Of a stretch of DNA of 64,000 nt, positions 14,380 to 26,795 are shown in pieces. The position numbers and the translations under genes are program-made. The DNA is taken from positions 86,986,001-87,050,000 of the forward strand of contig OZ024745.1 in NCBI GenBank assembly GCA_964016885.1, given 5' to 3'. Each line of letters opens with the position of its first letter. Position 1 is the first letter of the stretch. The notes below the pieces were generated by a model. That model was not told where the DNA came from and made no database searches. It saw only the letters and a program-made list of their open reading frames with translations. The DNA is from Eledone cirrhosa. Lineage: Eukaryota.

Positions 14380-17300
14380 ACCTCTGCCACACACACCTTT
14401 TTCCCTACATACATGGGAAAAAGAACACAAAGAATAAACATCACCAATATACCACCCAACATTAACATCTAGTGGATTCTGGCAGGGTTCTTGGAGGAAG
14501 ATGAAGACACAATACTGTCGATTCAAAAATCCATAAGAAACACCTGGAACGGCACAAGCTTGGAAATGTTGGTCCAAATGAAACCGACAGAATTTCCAAG
14601 ATACCAGAAAGGGTGCCAGTAGACAATACAAACTATATACAGATTTCGGCAGAAGCAGGGAGGCGACATTGTTTTAAATGCGCGAGCACATCGCATTTAA
14701 AGGCCTCCTGTCCCCTCTTACGAACAAACACCACCACTCCCAAAAAGTACTTTTACCAACACCAACTCCCAAACCACAACAACAACAACACACAAAACAA
14801 GCAAACACACAAAAACAAACAACAGAAAAAACACAAACAATTCCCCTGAAAAACACAGTCCCACCCCATCCGACTCCATCCAACACTACCACAATCACAC
14901 TCACAAACACACCATCACCACACAACATACCCCTCCCACACGCCCATGGTGACGATTCATCACCAGACGAGGCTACTTCTCCATCCCCAAGTGAAGATGA
15001 AGGAGGGCCTCGTAAATCAAAAAAACAAATAAAGAGACACCACAAAGCCACAAAACAACAATCACCAACACAAACACACAACCACCAACACAAATAACAA
15101 CACAAACACCACCATAATACCCCCCCCTACTAGCAAAACAAACACCAACACCAACCCAAATACAAATGCCCACCATAAAAAAAACCTACAAAATGAACAA
15201 CAAACCTCCCGTCCCGAAAACAAACCACGACATCACTCCAAACACATACACCTACTACAAAACGAAAGCTCACACAAGAACAACAGACAAAAACCAACAC
15301 AACACAACAAGAACATTACACATACATAAACAGTGAAAACAAAACTTTAATGGAGGTCAACTCCCACGACGCTTCGGTGAAAACCGACGGAAAAAATTTT
15401 TCGAACTGTGAAGACAGACCTAATTTAAAGATGATTAGGGTCCCTACGGACACCTATAAGTCTTTAAAGGAAAACTTTAAAACACCCTCACCCCAGACAC
15501 CCCGCCCCATCAGACACCCCTCCGCACCAAATATCTCCGTCCCCACCCCACCGGAAACCACCACCCACCCAGACAACCCCTCCAACACCCCCATGGAAAT
15601 CGTGCAGCCTGGTCCCCAGGAGACGAAGGGTGAGTGATTTCTTTTCCTCTTCTTTTAACTGTTCAGCACCAACATGGCCAATATAAGAGTTGGGTGTGTG
15701 AATGTACGCAGCCTGGGGATGCCCTGGAAACAGAGAAAACTCTTAAACGACCTCAGGTCGCAAAGTATGGATGTAGCAGCCACTTGCGAGTCCAGGATCC
15801 ACAGCGAGCGACAGCTGGCCCCCATTTTCGACGACTTTGAGATCTACGCATATCTCTGTCAGCCGGGAGGTGGGGCGGGGTTGCCGTTTTGCTGCGGAAA
15901 CACCTGGACCTCGTAATACAGACGATAAATCTGGACGCGGAGAATCGACTGGTGGTCCTAGACATTGACGGTAGTGAAGGTGGAGCCTTCAGGCTGGTGG
16001 CCGCATATGCCCCATCCGGGACACCACGGCCAGACTTCTTCAAACGTCTAGAGACTTTTCTGGGAACGTCCTTCTCCTTGCTTTTAGTGGGGGACTGGAA
16101 TGGAATCCTAGATGCACGTTGGGACTATGGGGGAGCATGTCCCGATAAAAGGGGGTGTAACAGCCTCAAACAGTTAATCGGCCGATTTGACCTGGCCAAT
16201 AGATATCGACTAGATTTTCCGACTGTGCCACTGTGGACGTGGACTAATCGCAGCGGAACATCTAGATCGTACCTAGATAGGGTTCTAGTTAGAAATAAGG
16301 ATAGGGACATGTTAAGCTGTCCACAAATGTTCATGGTTGCCTATTCAGATCACAAACTAGTGACTTCATGCTCAACATTGAACCCATAGACAAGGACCCG
16401 GCTACTGGAAGCTGAACTTGTCGTTACCAACATGCAAAGCCTACAGTAGACGGATTAGCACTTTAGTTAAACAGCATTTGACAGGAGCCATTGTCGACAA
16501 CAGATGGTGGTATTCTCTCAAGAAGGCAGTTAGATTAGACTCGTTAATTTTTAGTAAAGAATTAGCGTTAAATAGAAATATGACCAAGAAGGAACTGATA
16601 GATAAAGTAGAAGAGGCAATTAGAAGTTTCAACGTAGCCAGCGTGCTAGCAACGAGAACGGCCTTGGACCAGTTCTTCGACGCAAAGCACAAGAGCTGCG
16701 TTGTCAGAAACAAAATACGGGCTCTGGGTAACGAGGGAGCCAAAGCTGTTAGCTGGGCCCGGGTGACGGAGGCAAAAAGTGGCAACAAGTCCACGATTCG
16801 GTCTTTGAAGGACCAAGACGCACGCGTAATACGTGAGCCGAAGCAGATGTGCGTGGCCTTTCAACGGCACTTTGCTCAGCTGTTCGGGCAGGGCGCCGCG
16901 CCAGGAGGGGCTATGGATTTCGGTCCATACCTCGACGGCCTACCGCGACTCTCGGACAGCGAGGCGAAGTTCTGCGAAAAGCCAATTTCAGCCGCTGAGA
17001 TAGAGGGGATGCGCTAAACCAATGCGGCAAACGCAAATCTCCAGGTCTCGACGGTCTACCCTACGAATTTTACGTAGCAATGCCAGACTTGTTCTCCGGT
17101 TTTCTGGAAGCGGACTACTGAAACTGGCAGCAGAACGGGAGAATTCCCAGTTCTGTGTCCAGGGGCGTAGTCACACTAGTCAGGAAGGACGAGAATAAGG
17201 GGGATGACATAGGCAACTTCCGGCTCATAACTCTGCTAAACAAAGAGTTACAGATTTTGGCCAAGGTGTTGGCAAAGTGGCTGGCGTTTGTCGTGTATGG

Positions 17301-18990
17301 ACCTGGTGGGAGAAGCGCAGACATGCGCAATCCCGACCAGGTCCATACACGACAACCTCCACCTCATGCGATACATCATAGAGAGGGTAGGGTGTAAACC
17401 CGGCTTCGGTGGGGACCTGATCAACTTGGATCAGATAAGGCTTTCGATAGGGTTGACCATCGTTACCTGGATGCAGTGCTTGAGGCGGCAGGCTTCGGAC
17501 CCGTGTTCAGGGGCTGGATTGCTGCAATGCACAACAGCAACATCTGCTCAAGGGTCAAGGTGAACGGCTACCTCTCGGAGCCGTTCCATATCACGCGAAC
17601 CATTCGACAGAGATGCCCTCTCTCCTCCCTTCTGTACGTACTGACTCTCGAGCCATTTCTGCGGAAGTTGGAGCTATTGCAGGGCATCTCTCTGGAACCG
17701 GGACTGCGGAAAGCGGCGTCGGCCTACGCCGACGACGTTACAGTAATGGTGTCGAGCACCTCGCAAATCGAGGAAGTTGGCACCTTCTGAAGGAATATGA
17801 ATGGTTCACAGGAGCGAAGCTGATCCGGGACAAGTCCATCGGTTTGTAACTCGGATCGTGGAAAGGCAAACCGATGCCTTCCGATGGCGTCGTCGGACGC
17901 TGGACGGAAGGACTGGTAAAGCTGCTCGGGTTCTGGTTTGGTCGGGACTTCCAGGTGGAGCAGAACTGGAACGAGGTGACGGCCAAGGTGTTTGCACTCA
18001 CCCGTGGAAGTGGACCGAGTGCAAACTATCCTTGAAAGGTCGAGCGGAGGTGGCGAACACTTTTATAGCCTCCGTCATCTACTACTGCATGACCGTCGTG
18101 CCTTTTCCAGCTAAAACGCTTACCAAAATGGAGCGCGCGCTCTTCCAATTCTTCGCAGCAAGTGCGACGACGCGCTCGGAGAAGCTCTAGGCGTAGAGGA
18201 AGACGAACTGGCCAGACTGTTCGGTAGGACTTTTCGCCCAGGACCGATGGACAACTTCCAAAAGTCCCTGGCCTGGCAGTGCTACTGAGCTCTAGCAGTT
18301 CAAGACAAGCTCTACAGACACGGGCGCCTTCGAAAAAGATCTGTCCGAGATGGGTGCGAGACGAAAAAACCGTCGCGCATGCATCCGTACACTGCCCGGG
18401 CGTTACCGACCTGTGGAGCTGTGTAGAACGACTATAGTCGCGGGTGGGACCAATCCGGTTGACCACCGAGTCCATTGTCATGATCAAACCTCAACCCTCC
18501 TTAAAAAACGAATGAGAGGCGGTTTTCCTTTGTGTGATAGCGAAAGAGGTTGTATGGTAGACAAGGTTAAAAGGGCTGAGGTCAGACACCTTTCTCTCCG
18601 GCCAACAACTAATTCTTTTTTTCAAATACCACTTTGGAAGAACAATCAGGATGGAAAGAGAGGTGTTGTACCCCAGCAATTTTTATGAAAGATGGGTGAA
18701 AGTGGCGAGAATGGCCTGAGTGAATGGGCCTTCGCTATATCAGCCTGTAGGTTGAGGAAAAAGAGGAAGAGAGGAAAGGGGTACAATCTCTTCGTACTCC
18801 TGGAGATGAGGGTTGCACATTTTTTTCGGGGGTGTGTGTTACCCATATGAAATGTCTCCCCCTATTGGGAAAATCGATTAACTTTTAAATTGCATTTGTG
18901 ATAATATTTTACACGTTTTTATTGTATGTAAACTTCCCCCTTTGAATTTTTGTCCCCTTCTTTTGTTCCCCTGTGGCTAATAAAGAAACA
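14380..18990 (+). pseudogene. Tx1-like unit E1: 5'-truncated, decayed; family C-like ORF1 middle with family A ORF2
   Basis: FFPTYMGK, CFKC..H..C knuckle; ORF2 from 15674 (MANIRVGCVNV) to 18750 with many frameshifts and a ~330-bp deletion at ~18153. Confidence 0.9.
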
Positions 18991-19011
18991 TATCTATCTA
19001 TCTATCTATCT

Positions 19012-21133
19012 GGAGGTGGCGAACACTTTTATAGCGTCCGTCATCTACTACCGCTTGACCGTCGTGCCATGTCCAGCCAAAACGCTCACAAAAATGGAGC
19101 GCGCGTCTCCCAATTCCTTTGGGAAACGGACTCCTTTGGTGAGAAGATCCATCTGCTGCCAACCCCCTTCAAACGGAGGGCTGGGGATGCCGTGTCTGAC
19201 GATGCGCAAACACGCGCTCAGGCTACGGCACCTCCACGTATTCCTCATCGGACAACCGGTGTTGGCCCCGTTCCTGAGGCGAGCCTTCCCACGACTCGTC
19301 TCGCTGACCGAGCTGCAGTCCTGGGTCAAGCAAAGACCGAGGAAAATGGGTACATCGAATGTGCTCAGGCGCTCACAGTCCCTCTATAGAGGGTTGGTCC
19401 GCAGCAAGTGCGACGACGCGCTCTGAGCCGTTCGCAATCACGCGTTCCATTCGACATGGGTGCCCTCCCTCCCCCATTCTGTATGTATTGACTCTAGAGC
19501 CACTACTGCGGAAACTGGCGCTAGAACCGGAACTGCGCAAAGTGGCATCGGCTTATGCCGACGACGTGACGGTAGTAGTGTCGAACACCTCGGAAATGGG
19601 GGTGATCGGCAACTTACTGAAAGAATGCGAAACGCTGACGGGAGCAAAACTAAACCCGGACAAGTCTGTCGGTTTCAACTCGGTACGTGGAGAGACAAAC
19701 CGATGACGTTCGACAGCGTCGTTGGACGCTGGACGGACGGACCAGTGAAATTGCTCGGGGTCTGTTTCGGTCCAGACCTCCAGGTGAAGAAAAACTGGAA
19801 CGAGGTCACGGCCAATGTGTTTGAGCTCACTCAGAACTGGGCAGAGTACAAACTGTCCTTGTAGGGTCGAGCGGAGGTGGCGAACGCTTTCATAGCGTCC
19901 GTCATCTACTACCGCTTGTCTGTCGTGCCTTGTCCCCGTGAACACCTCGCCAAGATGGAACGCATGCTCTTCCAGTTTCTGTGGAAGAAGCAAGCTCCAC
20001 TGGTGAGGAGATCCGTCTGCTGTGAGCACCCTTCAAACTACGGAATGCCGTGGTTGATGATGCACAAACATGCGCTGTGGCTGCGGCATCTCCAGGTATT
20101 CCTCACCGACCCCTAACCGGTGTGGGCACCGTTTGTCAGATAGGCTTTACCGCAGCCGTCTTGCTGACGGAGCTGCAGTCCTGGGTAAAACAAAGACCGG
20201 AAACGATGGGCGCCTGACACATTGAATGCGCTCAGGCGCTCACAATCCTCTGGCAAGCGGGCACAGCAATCAGTGGAGACTCCACTTCGACATTCTATAG
20301 TGGGATTGTACGTTACAAGGGCGATGACGTGCTCGGAGAGACTCTGAGCGTCGAAGACGATGAGCTCACTAGTCTGTTTGTTAGGACTTTCCGCCCGGGA
20401 CCTATGGACAACTTCCAGAAGTCCCTGGCCTGGCAGTGCTACGGAAGAGCTCTATCAGTTCGTGACAAGATCTACAGACACGGACGCCCCGGCAGGTATC
20501 CTTCCAAGAGGACGTGTCCAAGATGCGCGCAGGACATTGAAACAGCCCTGCACGCAATTGTACACTGCCCGGGCGTAACCGACCTGTGGAACTATGCAGA
20601 ACAACTGCTGTCGCGTATGGGACAAATCCAGTTGACTGCCGAGTCCATAGTAAGGATCAAACCGCCAGCCACTTTCAGCGGTTTTCCTCTGTACAGTGGC
20701 TATGGTGAAAGAGGTTATATGGTGGACGAGATTAAGAGGACTGAGGACAGATGCCTTTCTCTCCGGACAACAATTGATTCCCTTCTTTAAGTATCACTTT
20801 AGAAGGAGAATAAGAGTGGAGAGAGAGGCACTGCACCCCAGGGTGAATGAAGCGAAAATGGCCCGAGTGATTGGGCCTTCTCTGTTTATAAGCCTACAGG
20901 TTAAGGAAGAGAGCAAAAGGAAGAAGAGAGCACTTACACAACGCACTCCTGAAGTTAAGCGTTGTTCCATCGACGGGTATTAAACAACCCATTTGTGGCG
21001 CTTCCCCTCTATTGGGGATTTCTATTGTTATAATTGTTTGTTTTATATTTTTTACACGACTGTATGTAAAAGCCCCGGCATCTGTCTTTGTATTGTTCCC
21101 TTTTCTTGTGCGCCCTTGTGGCATATGATGAAA
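19012..21133 (+). pseudogene. Tx1-like unit E2: chimeric 3' fragment (family A piece fused to family C RT/3' end)
   Basis: 19012-19423 matches family A late ORF2; from 19424 it restarts upstream at EPF..RHGCP..YADD and ends with a 3' UTR like E6. Confidence 0.88.
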
Positions 21134-21146
21134 TCTATCTATCTAT

Positions 21147-24100
21147 AACTCACCAAAAATATTGAAAGTCGGACGGTCGTTTTCCGCACCATCAACAACA
21201 TCTCAAAAAAGCCACAACAACCAACACAAGCAGAAATTAAAGCGGTACTTAGAGAAGTACTTAATGAATCCACTTTCATAAGAAGAGACAGGCTCTATGG
21301 AAGCCTTGCCATTATTATGAAGAACGAATCGGCGGCAAAAAAATATGCTTTGTCGCCGAATCGTTCGACAAATTTTACCTTTTATCCATCTTATATGGGT
21401 AAAAGAACTCAGCGCATATGGCTGGATGCGATGATGCCAGATATGGACTACTGCTGGCTCATAGCTGGCTTCATTGATCCAGCGAATGACAACGTGATTT
21501 CCATTGGGAAAACCACAGGCAATGCGTTCAGTGGAACAGGTATAGAACTTGTAGTGCAAATGAAGCCTGAACGCATTGCCCAAATACCCGACAGAATCCT
21601 ATTAGAGGGCCACGGGTATATAAACATTAGCGTGGAGGGGAGAATGCCGTCCTGTCATATCTGTGCAGGCAGAGGGCACCTGAAGGCGGCTTGTCCCCAA
21701 CTCAACAAGAAGAAAACCCTGCTACCAACACCAGCTCCACCACCACCACAACAGATAAACAAACAACAAAACTCAGTCCTACCCAACCCGTCCGTCAGTA
21801 AAACTACACCACCACCACAGCACAAACAGACACAACACATTACCCAAAAACAAAACACAGTCCCACCCAACCCCTCACTCAATAAAACAACACAACCACC
21901 GCAGCCACAACACACAACACAGTCTAACATAGTGACACCCATCTCCTCCACAAAGAAAACTAACACGGAAACATTACCAGCAAACATACCTCTTCGCTCC
22001 AACACTGAAGATAACCCAACGAATTCGGAGGAAGAAACGGAGTCCTTCAGACAGATAAAAAGGAAAAAAAGAAAACATGTGCAAAACACACAAGGCCAAA
22101 CAGCCCCTACCCAAATGTCAACACAATTCAACAAAACACAAAACACCCCTCCAGCAACAAACAAAACCAAACCTGCCCCTCCCCTCTTCGAAACACTCAC
22201 ACCATCCGAAAAAATGACATTACACTATACTTACATCAACAGAAACAATAATAAATTAAATGAACTCATAAACAATAACCCTTCGGTACAAACCGAAGGG
22301 GTAAACTTTGTTACTTCAGAAAACTACCCACATTTAAAATTAATAAAGATCCCAATGAACCTCTACCAAAAAGTAAAAAAGGATTTTAAGGAGGACGTAG
22401 GACCACCCTCTGTCAAACCCATAAACCGCGTCCTCCTAAAAAGCTTTCCCCCACCCCTTTCCCTCCCCAACACAACTCCAAACACCCCAACCCCACCACA
22501 GACTGACGACCCCACACCACCACAAGACACCCCTTCACCCAACACCCCCGACCCCATGGAAGTCGTGCGACCCGAACCCCGGGAAGGAGAAAGGTAGGTC
22601 TCTACACTCTCCTTTGGTTTTGTCGCCCACATGGATGTGTTAAGAGTAGGATGTTTGAATGCACGTGGCCTGGGCTCAACTTGGAAGCAAGCAAAGAAAA
22701 CTAACACGGAAACATTACCAGCAAACATACCTCTTCGCTCCAACACTGAAGATAACCCAACGAATTCGGAGGAAGAAACGGAGTCCTTCAGACAGATTAA
22801 AAGGGAAAAAAGAAAACATGTGCAAAACACACAAGGCCAAACAGCCCCTACCCAAATGTCAACACAATTCAACAAAACACAAAACACCCCTCCAGCAACA
22901 AACAAAACCAAACCTGCCCCTCCCCTCTTCGAAACAGGTCACGTGGTATAAATGTAATGGTTATCTGTGAGACTCGGATCAGCGTCGTGCGGCAGCTGGC
23001 CCCTACCTTCGATGACTTTGAGGTGCACGCATCTCTCTGTCAACCTGGTGGTGGGGGTGGGGTTGTCGTACTGCTGGAAAAACACCTGGGTCTCGCCGTA
23101 CAGGTTGTTCACTCGGACCCGGAAGGTCGTTTGTTGGTGCTAGACGTTGGCAGTAGTGGAGGTGCGGCCTTGAGACTGGTCGCCGTATACTCCCCTTTCG
23201 GAGCTGAACGACCCGACTTCTTCCAGCGTCTGGAGACTTTTCTGGGAACGTCGCATTCCCTGCTTCTAGCGGGGGACTGGAATGACATCCTAGATGCACG
23301 TTGGGACTATGCAGGAGCATGTCATAATAGAGGGGGGGGGGTGTAACAGCCTCAAGGGTTTACTCGACCCTTTTAACTTGGTCGATAGATATCGACTAGA
23401 TTTTCCAACTGTGCCAACCTGGACTTGGACGAACCATAGTGGTCAATCTAGATCGTACTTAGATAGATTCTTAGTTAGAAGTAAGGATAGGGACATATTA
23501 AGCTGTCCAGAAATGCTCACGGTTAGCCAACCGTGAGCATTTCTGGACAGCTTAATATGTCCCTATACAGATCACAAATTAGTGACCTGCGTAGTCAACC
23601 TCGAGAGAACACATAGACAGGGTCCCGGTTACTGGAAACTTAATTTGTCTTTACCGGCAAAAGAGGCTTACAGAGACCGAATTAACAGATTAGTTAAGGA
23701 GAGGTTGACGGGTGCAATCGTCAACAACCGATGGTGGGCATCTCTCAAAAGAGAGATTAGAACAGAATAAATAAGTTATAGCAATATGTTAGCTGCCGAT
23801 AGGAATAGGAACGAGAAAGAATTAACAGGTAAATTAGAAGAGGCAATCAAGAGCGAAGATGTGGCCAGAGTGCTGGCATCGAGGACGGCCTTGAGCCAGT
23901 TTTTCGATGCAAAGCACGAAGGCTGCATCATTCGAAGTAAAATACGTGCTCTAGGTAATGAGGGGGCCAAAGAAGTTGGCTGGGCCCGCGTGACAGAAGC
24001 TAAGAGTGGAAATCGATCCACCATCCGGTCTTTGCAAGACGAGGATGGACGGGTGATCCGGGAGCCTAAGCAGATGTGCGAGGCCTTTCAAAGGCACTTT

Positions 24101-26506
24101 GCCCGATTGTTCGGGGGAGGCGAGGTTCCGGGCGGGAACGTGGATTTCGGTCCATACCTCGACGGCCTGCCGCGTTTCTCGAGCGAAGAGGCAGAGTCCT
24201 ACGAGGGACCAATCTTGGCTGATGAGATCGGGGATGCGCTGAGCCAATGCAGCAGACGCAAATCTCCAGGTCTCGATGGTATACCTTACGAACTTTATTT
24301 AGCAATGCCGGTCTTCTTCTCCGAACACCTCGAAGCAGTCTACTGCAATTGGCAGCAGAACGGGAGAATTCCTTGTTCTGTAGCCAAGGGCGTAGTCTCG
24401 CTGGTGAGGAAGGACGAGAACAAGGGGGGTAGTATAAATAATTTTCGACCCATAACCCTGCTAAACACAGAGTTAAAGATTTTGGCCAAGGTGTTAGCAA
24501 AGAGGTTGGCGTTTGTCGTGGGTGGCCTGGTCCATTCACGACAACCTCCACCTCATGCGATACATCATAGAGAGGGTTGGGAACAAACCCGGCTTCGGTG
24601 GGGCCCTGATCAACTTGGATCAGTCTAAGGCATTCGATAGGGTCGACCATGGTTACCTGGATGCGTTGCTAGCGGCGGCTGGGTTCGGTCCTGTTTTCAG
24701 AGGCTGGATCATGCCTTACATAGCAACCACATCTGATCTAGGATCAAGGTGAACGGCTACTTTCGAAGCCGTTCGAAATCACACGATCCATTCGACAGGG
24801 GTGCCCTCTCTCCGCCCTTCTGTACGTATTGACTCTTGAGCCTTTACTGAGGAAGTTGGAGTTGTTGCAGGGTATCCGCTGGAACCAGGATTGAGCAAAG
24901 CGGTGTCAGCCTACGCCGATGACGTAACAGTAATGGTATCGACCGACTCGGAGATCGAGGCGATCGGTACCTTACTGGAGGAATACGAAAGGTTGTCAGA
25001 AGCGAAACTGAACCGGGAAAAATCCATCGGGCTGCAACTCGGAACGTGGAGAGGCAAACCGATGCCCCCGACGGTGTCGTCGGGCACTGGACGGAGGGCC
25101 CGGTGAAGTTGCTTGGGGTCTGCTTTGGACCGGACCTCCAGGTGGAAAAGAACTGGGGCGAGGTTACGACAAGGTGTTTGCACTGACCCAGAAATGGGCC
25201 AAGTGTAAGCTGTCCCTGAAAGGTCGGGCGGAGGTGGCGAACATTTACATAGCGTCCGTCACCTACTACCGCCTGACTGTCGTGCCTTGCCCTAAGGAAA
25301 CACTCACCACCATGGAACGCATGCTCTTTCAATTTCTTTGGAAGAAGCGCCCTCTCATGGTGAGAAGATCCATCTGCTGCCAACAACCTTCGAAAGGAGG
25401 GCTGGGGATGCCGTGGTTGATGATGCGTAGGCACGCATTAAGGCTACGGCACCTACAGGTATTCCTCACTGGTCAACCGGTGTGGGTTCCCTTCGTGAGA
25501 CGAGCCTTTTCGAGACTCGTCTCGCTCACCGAGCTGCAATCCTGGGTCAAGCAAAGATCCGGAAAACTGGGCGACTGGCACACTGAGTGTGCCCAGGCGC
25601 TCAGGGCTCTATGGCAAGCGGACCCGGCCATCGGTGGAGAATCCACCTCGTCATTCTATAGAGGGCTGGTGGCTAGCAGGGGCGATGACGCCCTTGGAGA
25701 GTCGCTGGACATGGAAGAGGACGAACTGGCCAGCCTGTTCGGTAGGACTTTCGGCCCGGGACCAATGGACAACTTCCAGAAGTCACTGGCCTGGCAGTGC
25801 TACCGGGGGCTCTACCCGTTCGAGAAAAGCCCTACAGACACGGGCGCCCGGGCAGGGATCCCTCGAAAAAGATTTTCCCTAGATGCGTGCGTCACGAAGA
25901 AACCGTTGCGCACGCATTGGTGCACTGTCCGGGCGTGGCTGATCTGTGGGGCTACGCCGAACGACTGCTGTCGCGGGTGGCGCCCATTCGATTGACCGCC
26001 GAGTCCGTGATGACAATCAAGCCGCCTCCCCTCTTCACAAAGGAAGCAAAGGCGGTTTTTCTGTGCGTAATAGCCATGTTGAAAGAGGTTGTTTGGTGGA
26101 CACGATTGAAAGGTCTGAGGTCAGGCAACTTCCTCTCTGGCCATAGTCTGGTCTACTTCTTCCGATATCACTTTGGAAGAAGGATAAGAATGGAGAGAGA
26201 GGTGCTTGGCCACAGGCAGTTTTATGAAAGGTGGGTGATAGTGGCGAGAATGGCTCGTGTAAATGGGCCTTCTCTGTATACCATCCTGTAGGTAAAGAAG
26301 TGTGAAGGAGAAGAGAGAACCTTCTCCATGTGCTCCCCGGGCAACGGATTGCACACTTTTTCGGGGGTGTGTGCAACCCCATCACGTCCCCTCCCTTTTG
26401 AGGTTGTTTTTGATTATTTTCATTTTATACCCTTTTTACTCGGTTTTATGTAAACTCCCCTTTTGTATTTGTCACTTCTTTTTATAACTTTATGGTAAAT
26501 AAAGAA

Positions 26507-26507
<1 letters not shown>
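21147..26507 (+). pseudogene. Tx1-like unit E3 (family B): 5'-truncated, ORF2 disrupted
   Basis: ORF2 starts 22631 (MDVLRVGCLNARGLG) and ends 26291; APE GDWN, RT FRPITLLN/YADD; frameshifts and a 245-bp templated insertion. Confidence 0.9.
21317..22597 (+). CDS. Family B ORF1 (gag-like), N-terminally truncated
   Basis: 426-aa open frame with FYPSYMGKRTQ, CHICAGRGHLKAAC CCHC knuckle, Pro/Thr/Gln linker; homologous to ORF1 at 26796. Confidence 0.8.
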   Translation: MKNESAAKKYALSPNRSTNFTFYPSYMGKRTQRIWLDAMMPDMDYCWLIAGFIDPANDNVISIGKTTGNAFSGTGIELVVQMKPERIAQIPDRILLEGHGYINISVEGRMPSCHICAGRGHLKAACPQLNKKKTLLPTPAPPPPQQINKQQNSVLPNPSVSKTTPPPQHKQTQHITQKQNTVPPNPSLNKTTQPPQPQHTTQSNIVTPISSTKKTNTETLPANIPLRSNTEDNPTNSEEETESFRQIKRKKRKHVQNTQGQTAPTQMSTQFNKTQNTPPATNKTKPAPPLFETLTPSEKMTLHYTYINRNNNKLNELINNNPSVQTEGVNFVTSENYPHLKLIKIPMNLYQKVKKDFKEDVGPPSVKPINRVLLKSFPPPLSLPNTTPNTPTPPQTDDPTPPQDTPSPNTPDPMEVVRPEPREGER

Positions 26508-26566
<59 letters not shown>

Positions 26567-26795
26567 CTCTCTCTATCAGTCGTGTGTCACTTCGCGGAGA
26601 AGTTTCCGTTAATTTATGTAAGAAAAAAAACGTGAGTTTTTAGTTCAATTTTATATCATTGTGTAACTTGACCACCCGTCTGGACCTTCAGGTGGTGGGT
26701 CAACTCATTTTCGCCCCTTCAGGGGCGGAATATCCATTTAAAAAATTTTTCTCCATCGAATCTTGGAAAAAATATTGTAAAATTTTGATTACGTT

